Shown: positions 21,483 through 31,673 of the stretch, piece by piece | Layout of the letters: every line of letters starts with the position of its first letter | Position numbering within the stretch: the stretch's first letter is position 1 | Assembly: GCA_020184695.1 (NCBI GenBank) | Contig: JAANOX010000269.1 | Span: 186,001-250,000 of the forward strand | Direction: 5' to 3' | Source: Histomonas meleagridis 2922-C6/04-290x | Taxonomy: Eukaryota > Protista > Parabasalia | DNA length: 64,000 bases | The notes under the pieces: model-generated | Seen by the model: only the letters and a program-made list of their open reading frames with translations | What the model was told of the DNA's origin: nothing | Databases searched by the model: none | Made by a program: the position numbers and the translations under genes

Positions 21483-21916
21483 TCTTTTTTGGGTTGAATT
21501 TAGGGTACCTTATTAATGACATGTGATATGAAAAATTCATTTCTTGTATTAAAAAAAGGATTTCACCAGTATTTTAATGGCTAAATTTATTTCTATTTAT
21601 CATCATTAATTTGATGAGTTACTACTTATAGTATCTGTTACTAAATTCGAAGTTTTGATTTTACGAAATAATTTTAAATAAATAAAAATTAAAAGAATTA
21701 TCAAATGTTTATGAATATCAATTCATTTAAACAATGTTATATAGTTGGCTTAGTAAATGTAAAATTATAATAGTTGATAATAAAAGATTCAAAATTATTT
21801 ATTTGTCATAAATTTTCTCTTAAGTTTGGCAAATTACCAAATTCACTTTGAAGCCCTCGTTTTATAGTTTTAGAAAGACATTCCTCAAAAACACATATTT
21901 ATACAAATATAAATTG

Positions 21917-22540
21917 TCAAAAGTTATGTGGTTGCAGTTTTGGATTGCGCTTTGAGAGGGCATTCATAACAGAGTCTTTTGTATTTTTGAAGCTAAGTTT
22001 TCTCTTTTTGATGTGATTTCTTCTTGTGCAAGAAGAAAATATTTCTATCGAAAATCTGTCTTCTAAGTCACCGTCTTTGAGGCGATGAAGATATTCACTG
22101 AGGATTTTGATGATTTTTATGTTTTGTGAATGATTATAATCAGATACACATATCTCTATAGTAAAGTTTTGCATTTTTCTAATCATTGAAACAGATTCAA
22201 TCTCGCATTGAAGATCTAAAGCTTCTGTAAATAGGGAATGACATATTTTTACAAAAACTGTTGTGCTGATTTCATAAGGAAAATTTACAATGTGTATAGA
22301 CGTATATTTATGGTTGTCGTGGAAATCAATGTCAGCTCTTTCAAATCTGGTCTCAGAAGAATATGGTAAGTTATATATTCTTATTGGTTCTAAAGTTGAA
22401 AAAATATCGCCTATTGACCTAAGCCCATTGACGCTACTTCGCTCTATCTTATCACCACCTCCATCTTTTGGGAATTCGTTGACAAAAAAGTTCCAAACGT
22501 GCTTCATCACAAGTATAAGTGGACGTTTATTTGGTAACAT
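21917..22540 (-). CDS. Hypothetical protein, possible RRM-like fold
   Basis: Open ~207 codons from ATG 22540. SIHIVNFPYEIS resembles an RNP2-like strand. The basic C-terminus may be an NLS. Confidence 0.55.
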   Translation of the reverse strand: MLPNKRPLILVMKHVWNFFVNEFPKDGGGDKIERSSVNGLRSIGDIFSTLEPIRIYNLPYSSETRFERADIDFHDNHKYTSIHIVNFPYEISTTVFVKICHSLFTEALDLQCEIESVSMIRKMQNFTIEICVSDYNHSQNIKIIKILSEYLHRLKDGDLEDRFSIEIFSSCTRRNHIKKRKLSFKNTKDSVMNALSKRNPKLQPHNF

Positions 22541-23160
22541 AAAAAGTGTCAAATCTTCAAGAAAACATTTAAATAAGATAAAGAAATACTTAACATCAGC
22601 TTTATTTAAATCATTAGATAATTATGTTTAGACAATACACTCTAATAATATCATTCGAAACCAGAAAAATTGTATTTATAAGTGATACAGATAGTTGTTT
22701 TTCAGACGATTTTCAATACAAAAAATTCACCATAATGCATCATCCTTAACCAGCAGCTGAAACAATCAATCTTCAAAAATTTACAAATATGAGTTAATAA
22801 AAATTTTATCATATAGACTATATATATTTTATTGATTTAATAAATCCAAAAGAAACTGTGTAAAATATTTACTAAATTAAAGGTTATTATAGCACGTGTT
22901 TAACTTAAATTTTGTGCATTTGAAAACAAAATTGTATCTAATTATTCGTGTCCACTTAGCGGTTTTAAACGCCAAAACCGAAAAACATGGTATTCAACTG
23001 TTAGTGAATAAAATTGTTATTTATTTGTTTTTACCTCAAGTTTAATCAACACATGCATATTCCAAGTATGAGGTTATTGTTTAATATTATAATAACATCT
23101 AAAAAAAGATTCTTAGTGTTTATAAAAATTGTATATTACCATTTTTTGGTACAGTTAGAA

Positions 23161-23397
23161 TTATTCATTAGAGTCTTTTTCCGGTTGTGAAGATATGGAT
23201 GATGAGCATTTATTTTTTTCCATTTTTTCTTTAATCTTTTTTCTTATAGATTGTATGAAAGGTTCAAGTTTTTCCAAATTAGATTCCGAAATATATCCAT
23301 CTTCATCAAAAGGAATGCAAAATTCATTATCACCATCAGTAATTACAAACCTCCCAGACGATTTTGTAGCCTCAATTTCTCTTCGTTCTTCGTCCAT
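23161..23397 (-). CDS. Small hypothetical protein (78 aa)
   Basis: Coding-like composition from ATG 23397 (MDEERREIEATK...). No family recognised. Confidence 0.45.
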   Translation of the reverse strand: MDEERREIEATKSSGRFVITDGDNEFCIPFDEDGYISESNLEKLEPFIQSIRKKIKEKMEKNKCSSSISSQPEKDSNE

Positions 23398-23976
23398 TGT
23401 AAAATTATGCAGATTTTGTTTGAATAATCTCACAAAATTTCCTTTCAATTTTTCATTCTACTTTTTGAAAATTCAATGTTTGTTAAAATGTGACATGTTG
23501 TTTGGATCTTGTTGCCGAAAACATCAGGAAGATCTCATATATGCTTAGGGTTGTTATACACTTTTAAAACTCTCATCCACATTAATCCTTAATGATTATA
23601 CTTCTAGTTAATTAAAAATTTTGTTTAATTTTAAGATTTGATCAAAAATTTATAAATTATTTGTATTATAAAATCACACACTTCAGATAACACAAAAATT
23701 CATGTTTGGTTGGTATTTAATTTGGGATCTCTTCCGGAAATTCAGTAATTGGAAAATTTCCCTACCAACTTTTTCACTCTCAAATGATTATAACTAGTTA
23801 TAATTTGCAATACGAACCCTCATCGAAAATTTTGCTTTGATCTTAAAGATAATTATTTGATTTAAAGGGGAATTCCAGCTTCCACAAAAATATAAAAAGT
23901 GACTACAATAAACAAAGTGACATGTGATATGAAATATCGAATTTCCTTCTCTTAACACATAAAAAGTTGAGTTCGA

Positions 23977-26900
23977 ATGCTTGGCGAAAACCAAAATGAT
24001 GTAAGATCTATAAAAAATGAACACAACAATTCCCAACCTACTAATTTGGAATTACTTATTTCAATAGAGCAAATCATATTTAATTTATCTAATGAAAATC
24101 TTGAGTCATCAGTTCAACAAACAATGAAATTTTTTGATGAAAATTTTCCATATTCAATAAATATTATTGTGTGTTATTTAGTTTACTTTGCATTTGTATC
24201 AAAAAAGAATTTAAATAATATATATTTAATATATTTAAAAGAAATTCAAATAAAAGAAGAAGAAATGAATAAAAACAACAAAATAATTGAACTTTTTGGA
24301 AAATACTTAACCAAAATAAAATCACAAGAGTCAAATTATCTTCTTGCAAATATGATTGAACGAAATTTAATTGAATCAAAAATTATTGAAAACAAAAAAA
24401 ATCCATTTTTTGTGCATCTCATGTCAGAAACAGATTTCAATAATTTGAGATATAGTTATTTTAAGAAGCAAATCATTGATAATTATGAAGAGCTATCAAG
24501 GAATGATTGGGAACTTCATAAGCAATTAATCAAAGAAGGAGTTAATCCAAATGAAATTGCGAAAATAATTCGAAATGATGAAATCGAAAAACTTCAAGAA
24601 ATATCATCACAAACAAATTTTGATTTTAATCAAATAATTAAACCATCGCTTTATGAAAGATGTGATTTTATCAACAAAAAAAATGTTACATTAATTGATT
24701 ATGCAGCATTTTTTGGATCAGTTAAATGTTTTAAGTATTTAATTATGAATGGCGCAAAAGTAGAAAACACAGGTAAATATGCAGTTGCAGGCGGAAATGA
24801 AGAAATTATTCATTTATGCGAACAAAATCATTCATCTTTTGATGATGCATATGAAACAGCAATTAAATTTCATAAAAATGATATCTTTAAATATATTTAT
24901 GAAAAGAAATTAGAAAAATTGGGTGAAAGCAATCAAAATAACCCACCAATTATAGAAAACAGAACACAATCACCAAATAACATAATTAACAATTATCAGA
25001 ATCAACCATCATTTGGATTTAGTAATCAGAATCAACCATCATTTGGATTTAGTAATCAGAATCAATCATCATTTGGATTTAGTAATCAGAATCAATCATC
25101 ATTTGGATTTAGTAATCAGAATCATCAAACATTTGGATTTAGTAATCAGAATCAATCATCATTTGGATTTAGTAATCAGAATCAACCATCATTTGGATTT
25201 AGTAATCAGAATCAATCATCATTTGGATTTAGTAATCAGAATCAATCATCATTTGGATTTAGTAATCAGAATCATCAAACATTTGGATTTAGTAATCAGA
25301 ATCAATCATCATTTGGATTTAGTAATCAGAATCAACCATCATTTGGATTTAGTAATCAGAATCAATCATCATTTGGATTTAGTAATCAGAATCAATCATC
25401 ATTTGGATTTAGTAATCAGAATCATCAAACATTTGGATTTAATTACCAAAAACAACGAGAAGTTATCACGAAGAATACTTTAGGGCGCATTTGTGTTAAG
25501 AGCGGAAATTATAAAGTTCTTTCATTTTTGGAAGAGGACCGAATGGATATTAATGACATCATGATTAATGAAACAGCGATAAATGGTAACTTATACCTTG
25601 TTAAACATTTTCTTCAAAATAGTCAAATTCCAAATAATATTTTGTCCTTTTCATCAGAATCAGGAAATGTTGAACTTGTCAAGTATATCCTTGAACAAGA
25701 AGGAATTGATATTAATGCTAAAAACATTTATTTGTTATATTTAATAATTATTTTTTTTAATTTGACGTTTTAAATTAATATTTGGAAATTATTTTAACAA
25801 CTTAAAACAGCACTTATGAAAGCATCTTATAAAGGTTATATAGAAATAGTTAAATTACTTCTTGAACAAGAAGGAATTGATATTAATGCTAAAGATATTT
25901 ATTTGTTTTATTTAAAATTTATTTTAATAATTTAAAATTTCAAAATAATATTTGGAAATTATTTAAATTATTTGAAACAGCATTTATGTTAGCATCTAAA
26001 AATGGTAAAATAGAAATAGTTCAATTACTTCTTGAACAAAAAGGAATTGATATTAATGCTAAAGATATTTATTTGTTTTATTTGAAATTTATTTTATTAA
26101 TTTGACGTTTTGAATTAATATTTGGAATTTTATCAAAATATTTGTAACAGCATTCATGAGTGCTTCTAAATATGGCCACATAAAAATAGTTAAATTGCTT
26201 CTTGAACAAGAAAGTATTGATATCAATGATAAAAATATTTATTTGTTTTATTTGATATTTATTTTAATAATTTTTTATTTCAAAATAATATTTGGAAATT
26301 ATTTAAAATATTTGAAACAGCACTTATTTTGGCATCTTATAATGGTCATACAGAAACAGTTAAATTACTTCTTGAACAAGAAGGAATTGATGTTAATGCT
26401 AAAGATATTTATTTGTTTTATTTAAAATTTATTTTAATAATTTTTGATTTCAAAATAATATTTGGAAATTATTTAAATTATTTAGAACAGCACTTTATTT
26501 AGCAGCATCAAATGGTCATACAGAAACAGTTAAATTACTTCTTGAACAAGAAGGAATTGATATTAATGCTAACGATATATGTAATTAATATATTTTGAAA
26601 CATATTTTAGTAACTTTTAATTTCGAAATAATATTTGGGAATTATATTATTTATTTTGTACTGCACTTATGAAAGCATCTGAGAGTGGTCATAAAGAAAT
26701 TGTTGAATTACTATTAAAACAAGAAGGTATTAATATCAATGATAGAAATATTTATTTGTCTTGTTTAATGTTTATTTAGATAATTTTATATTTCGAAATT
26801 TTATTTGGAGATTATTTGTATTTTTTAAATCTGCATTAATGTATGCATCCCAATACGGCAATTGCATAGAAATTGTGAAATTACTTCTTGAACAAAAAGG

Positions 26901-27083
26901 AATTGATATTGTTGGCAATGATGCTTCTTTGTTTTGTTTGATATTCTTTAAAATAATATACAATTTAAAGATAACTTTTGGAAACTTTTTAAATTAATTA
27001 AAACAGCGTTTGATTATGCAACTACATCTGGTAATGAAGAAATGCCCAAAATCATTCTAGAAAAAATGATAAATTGTAAATAA
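23977..27083 (+). CDS. Parabasalid ankyrin-repeat protein with an FG-repeat insert; the C-terminal ankyrin repeats are interrupted by 8 non-canonical intervening sequences (~852 aa if all are removed)
   Basis: ORF 23977-25773 has the LIDYAAFFGSVKCFKYL...YAVAGGNEEIIHLCEQ family motif. Downstream open modules are 25807-25896 TALMKASYKG..., 25977-26066, 26147-26236, 26317-26406, 26487-26576, 26660-26749, 26830-26922 and terminal 27003-27083 TAFDYATTSGNEEMPKIILEKMINCK*. The joined structure is inferred. Confidence 0.8.
24997..25446 (+). repeat. Coding 30-nt tandem repeat x15 (QNQ[P/S]SFGFSN / QNHQTFGFSN) with a 150-nt higher-order period
   Basis: Unit order is P,P,S,S,H | S,P,S,S,H | S,P,S,S,H. 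Confidence 0.95.
25726..27002 (+). other. Array of 8 conserved ~80-nt intervening sequences (non GT-AG), ~170-nt period
   Basis: 25726-25806 (81 nt), 25897-25976, 26067-26146, 26237-26316, 26407-26486 (80 each), 26577-26659 (83), 26750-26829, 26923-27002 (80). Consensus atttatttGTtttattt...tttcaaaataatatttGGaaattatttaaattattt-NNN. Confidence 0.85.
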
Positions 27084-27695
27084 TTAAATAATTATATTTT
27101 AAAAAAATTAAAATATAACATTTTTGGAAATATAATAATCTTGAGGTATATTTAAGCTTTTTGTTTACTATTGGTAATTGTAACAAATACTCCCGAAAAA
27201 AAGGATCTTTTAATCAACAAATCCAATGCTTTAAATTATATGTTTGTTATTTAACCAATATGAAAATGCTTTTAATAGGTTTAACAGGATTCTTGATTCA
27301 AAAAGTGAATGTATTGTTTAAACGTTATTTTTGTTGCATCTTTATTCGAAGCGTAAACCATAATACTCATAAATGAAACCAAAAAAATTTATGAAATCCT
27401 TAATTTTTTTAAATTTGGAACATTTTATTTTAATTTTTCTGAAAAAAAATTAAACTCCTTTCCAATATAATAAAAATTTGCTCAGAAATATTTTAAAATA
27501 TTTTACACTTCTATTTGTTTCATTAGTCACTTTAAATTTTATCAATTTTATCGATTTAGGTTTTTTATTCATTTTTTGAAAATTGTTTAAATGGAATTTT
27601 ACTTTTAAGAAATTTAATTTATATTTTGAATTTATGTAATGCTTCTTGCCAATTTATGTTAAACGAAGTTTGGATCATTTTCTTTTTATTTTTCC

Positions 27696-28853
27696 ATGTT
27701 GATTTATTTAAATTTGGTTTCTAGTGCTTCCATAGGATATTTATATCATGGAATTGATGAAAAAGAACAAATTCATCTGAAGGATATGCATCAAATTTTA
27801 TCAAAAGAATATAACGATAAATATTGGAAAAAATTATGTGATGAAGCTTCTAAAGCTTATTCCAATACACAATTAATTGATACATCGAAAGAAGGAATAT
27901 ATTTACCTTTATCAAAATATGTTCAAAATTATTCTTTTGTTTATACACATTTCAAAAATCAAACAATCATTGATTTAAGCGGAACTTTTAATAAAACAAT
28001 TTGTATATATAACCAAAACCAAAATGTTTTAACACTCATTTCAAATAAAGAAGATGTATCTACATCGATTCCAATTATGTTTATAGATGCAAAAGCAAAT
28101 ATTCCAAATTATTTAAAATTTAACACATTACTTATAGGTTATTATGAGAAAAATAACAATAATGCAAATAAGAAATGTGGTGTTACTGGCGCTTTTGAAG
28201 CCGAAAATTTTGTTACACCAAATATAGATGAATGGAGTAACAAAAACATTAAAGCGAAAAACAAAATTTATTTAATACAATCTCCTAAAAATAAAAACAA
28301 AGATGAATATATTATAAAATTTTTTAGTAATAAAGTTACAGTTGATGATAATGATTTAATATTACAAAGTTTTGATGAAAGTATAAATTTTATGATTTCT
28401 CCTTATTTGCTTAATTCTGCGGATATTAACTTAGTATGCAAGGAATATAATTCTAAAATAGAAAAAATTAAATTATTCATAGATGAGCCTCGTTATTTAT
28501 TTGCTAATTATATATACCCAAATACTTTCGATATAAATTTCTATTTGAAAAAAAGATATCCACGAAATAATACAATTAACATCAATTTTATTGGGCATTG
28601 GGGAAAACAATGTGGGCATAAATTTCATTTATATGTAACAAAAGAAAATTTTAAATATATTAATATAACAAATGTGCCATGTTCGATTAAATTTTTAATT
28701 TATGATATCAATAATGAATTTAATTTAAAAGTTAATGAAAGAAAACTTGAAATGAATTCAGTAATTTCAATTATTGTAGCTTTCATTGTGGCTTTTGTTG
28801 TTATTTTTATAGCTTCATCATTTCTAAAGATGTCATTGGCAAAAAGGAAATAA
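27696..28853 (+). CDS. Orphan type I surface protein (paralog of 17915-19078)
   Basis: Signal peptide MLIYLNLVSS, C-terminal TM SVISIIVAFIVAFVVIFIASS and a short basic tail. Confidence 0.8.
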   Translation: MLIYLNLVSSASIGYLYHGIDEKEQIHLKDMHQILSKEYNDKYWKKLCDEASKAYSNTQLIDTSKEGIYLPLSKYVQNYSFVYTHFKNQTIIDLSGTFNKTICIYNQNQNVLTLISNKEDVSTSIPIMFIDAKANIPNYLKFNTLLIGYYEKNNNNANKKCGVTGAFEAENFVTPNIDEWSNKNIKAKNKIYLIQSPKNKNKDEYIIKFFSNKVTVDDNDLILQSFDESINFMISPYLLNSADINLVCKEYNSKIEKIKLFIDEPRYLFANYIYPNTFDINFYLKKRYPRNNTININFIGHWGKQCGHKFHLYVTKENFKYINITNVPCSIKFLIYDINNEFNLKVNERKLEMNSVISIIVAFIVAFVVIFIASSFLKMSLAKRK

Positions 28854-29457
28854 GTTTTTCCATAACATATATGTTTATCTTTTTAAAAATATTAATCAAT
28901 TCTTATTGAATTTTTCATAATATGCCTTATGTATTTCATCAATTTCTTAATGTACCATGGAGTATTTTCATATACTTAAATTGTCTCATAAATTTTCTAT
29001 CATCAGCTTTTGCAAGAAAGGATAAGTTGGAACATTTGAATGACTTCAAATTCAATTCCTTATCATCGCATTTTCAAAAGTATTTGAAAAATTTGAATGC
29101 GTCGTAACTGTCATTTGACAAAAAGTGCCGCAATTCCCCACACTTTCTTATCAATTCCGCATGTTTTATTTCAAATTTTCCCGGTTATTAACTGTACAAC
29201 ACAAAATGTTCACTTAACTTTTCTTGATATTGAGTCAAAACGAAATGATAAAATGGCATAAACAAGAATTCCCTTGATACCAACTAAAAAAATATGTGAG
29301 CAAAAAAAAATTTGAATTTTGAAATTAAATCATAATCAAGTTCGCCAAAAATATATTCTAATATTTAGCTGTAAAATTGCTATTAAAAGTTAGTTGAGTA
29401 ATAAAACAAAACAATTATCAAGTTGTATCTTTATTTGTATTGTTGACTAATTTATCT

Positions 29458-30060
29458 CTAAAGTAAAACGAAGATATCTTTGTCAAATCCGTCATTGAAG
29501 GACGAGGAGAACAAGTCGAAAGCATTTGCAAGATCGTCCGAGAAAAGATCTTCAGAAAAGTTTGTGTTTGAATTCAAATTAGAATTCATTATTTCGTTTG
29601 AATTTGATTCCTCAACAACGGCGGGTTGTTGAGGTAATTGTATAGGTTTCTGAGGAACTTGCTGAGGTGCTCTTGGAATTATTCTTACTGTTTGATCCAA
29701 GTTAGGATCAGATAACTTATGATTTCTTCTCCTTTGTAGCACAGCCCACCTATTTTTCAAGTTCACATCCGTTCTGTCAGTAAAGAAAGCTTGGATTTTT
29801 GTCCATTGAGGTCCAAGTTCCATAAACTTTTGCTGTAAAAGCATATCTTCTTTTTTGGACCAAGGCTCAGTTGAAACCTTTTGCGACAAATAATTCCGCC
29901 AACGTTCACGACACTGTCTGCAATTTCTTGTTCCCATCAAAGAAGAAATTAATGTCCAATTGTGTGTCCCGTGTTGTTGTACTAACTCACGAAGGAGTTG
30001 ATCTTCTTCTGGGGTAAACTTCTTTTTGAGGTTTTTAATTGGTGTGGTGCTTGACTGCAT
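29458..30060 (-). CDS. R2R3 Myb-like DNA-binding protein
   Basis: KKKFTPEEDQLLRELVQQHGTHNWTLISSLMGTRNCRQCRERWRNYL...WSKKEDMLL...WTKIQAFFTDRTDVNLKNRW. The first in-frame ATG is at 30060 (the track start is TTG). Confidence 0.95.
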   Translation of the reverse strand: MQSSTTPIKNLKKKFTPEEDQLLRELVQQHGTHNWTLISSLMGTRNCRQCRERWRNYLSQKVSTEPWSKKEDMLLQQKFMELGPQWTKIQAFFTDRTDVNLKNRWAVLQRRRNHKLSDPNLDQTVRIIPRAPQQVPQKPIQLPQQPAVVEESNSNEIMNSNLNSNTNFSEDLFSDDLANAFDLFSSSFNDGFDKDIFVLL

Positions 30061-31673
30061 CTTGTGTGGCAAATGTAAATTTGGGGAATTTTGTCCAGAC
30101 AAAAATGCATTGAAATCCTCTGAAAAAAATTGTGAACAACCATTAAATATTTTACAACAACTTTTGTGCTGATGATTTTAAAATAAAGTTATTTATTTAA
30201 AAATCAATTACCATAAGTAATGTTTGATAATTTAATCAATAAATCATTCTGTTATTATTGCTTATGATTTATATCGATTAAAAATTAGTTGTTATTAAGA
30301 TATTTAAATGTATTTTTTTCATTACAACATTTTTGAATAACTGTTATTCAAGGTAACGCTAGGGTCGTAAAGTTATAGTTAACACAAGGAGTGGTCTGAC
30401 ACATAGAATTTGAAAACTTTTTCTGTTAAATATCCAAAGACTTTTTTTTGGGAAACGATAAATACCACACAAGAACTATTTCCTGTAAAACTTGGTTGTT
30501 TTACAGCTGTTCCTGCTCCAAATGATCATCTTTTACTTTAAACATTCAATACAAAAATTTATGCATTTAATCAAATCAAAAAATATAAGTATATTAATTA
30601 TGATCAAATAAAGAACAAGCAGAGGCAATTTTATTGAACAAATTATGCGAAGATTTAATAATGAAAATATAATTTTCAAATATATTTGATTTTCTTTACA
30701 GAAGTTTGGCCTTAGATATCAGTGTGCACTTCAAATGCCTTTCTAAAATTATTGGTTTTTTTTTTATTCTATATTAAATCATTTCAAGAAAAAATTTAAA
30801 CATCCACTCAAATCGTGAAATTAACTTACCTTACCTTTTTCTGATAAAGGGCGTAACCTTTTACCAATTTTTCAAGCAACTTTTTATGATCATAACCAAT
30901 TTTTCAAACATTTATATATTCTAATACCTGTTAATTCCTGATGAATTTGCTTCGAGAACATGTCCTTTTATTCATGTCCAATTGTTCCATGGATCACAAT
31001 GTTAATACTATTAGAATGTGTGATAGAAAATTTTCCAAATGATCAATTTCAAAATTGCGTTATTATTAATTATCTAAATAAAATACCATTTCATCAAAAT
31101 CGTAAATTTAAATTTTGAGCAAGCAGAGTTTGGTAGAATTTCCATCTTTGTTGATGAATAAATTTTTTCATGTTTATCCTAAAAAACATGAACATATAAG
31201 GAACTGACATTCAGGGCCATAGTGAATATGAGTTAATTGGCTTATTTTCCCAATTGAAGAAAATAATTAATCATAAATTTGCAATTTAATAATAAGCTTT
31301 TCCCTGCCCTCTTTCTTTTTTGTGGAACTGATTTATAAATAAATAAAGCAGAGTCAATTTTAGTAAAATAATTTAATATAAATTTTTGATAACCAAAATG
31401 CATCATTGAGATATGAGACGAATTAAAGATCTTTGGTAAGCAAATAAGAGCATCATTGAAACAATTAATAAATATTCATTGAATGAGAATGAAGATTGGG
31501 CCTTCGTGTTGCACAAAAAAAATATTTGTGCAAGAAATAAATTATGTTCAAAAAGTTATTTTTATTTCAAATTTTAAAAGTGAACAATGCAAACCTCACA
31601 ACCGCAAGTTTTACATAAGAATAAAACAACGGTTTGTATCGCTTGATATTAATTTCAAACGTTTATTTACAGT

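Noticed and set aside
25013-25483. 156-aa ORF of repeated DLVIRINHHL
   Set aside because: It is an alternative reading frame of the 30-nt FG repeat and is open only because the unit lacks a stop in that frame.
25734-25810. Canonical GT-AG introns using the GT at spacer position 9 and the AG in ACA-GCA
   Set aside because: The join (8 nt + 2 nt) is out of frame and would delete the Thr. The AG is absent in modules at 26660 and 26830. The AG present in two locus-2 spacers is also out of frame. There is no branch motif.
25897-25976. Ciliate-style TA-bounded IES, TTATTTG direct-repeat excision, AT-AC intron, or matched-codon ribosomal hop
   Set aside because: Each join tested by hand is out of frame, creates a stop, or is not consistent across copies (for example copy 1 lacks a matching take-off/landing codon, and copy 8 starts with GC). 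These mechanisms are not excluded in general, but they are unsupported in their simple form.
25726-27002. CRISPR array or satellite interpretation of the 170-nt periodic block
   Set aside because: The alternate units are protein-coding ankyrin modules, the period and 80-nt spacer length do not fit CRISPR, the host is a eukaryote, and no cas genes are present.
30150-31450. Long gene-poor interval checked for a transposon (Maverick/Tc1/MULE), tRNA or rRNA
   Set aside because: No terminal inverted repeats, transposase/integrase motifs or structured RNA were recognised. At most there is an unidentifiable coding remnant around 30930-31060.
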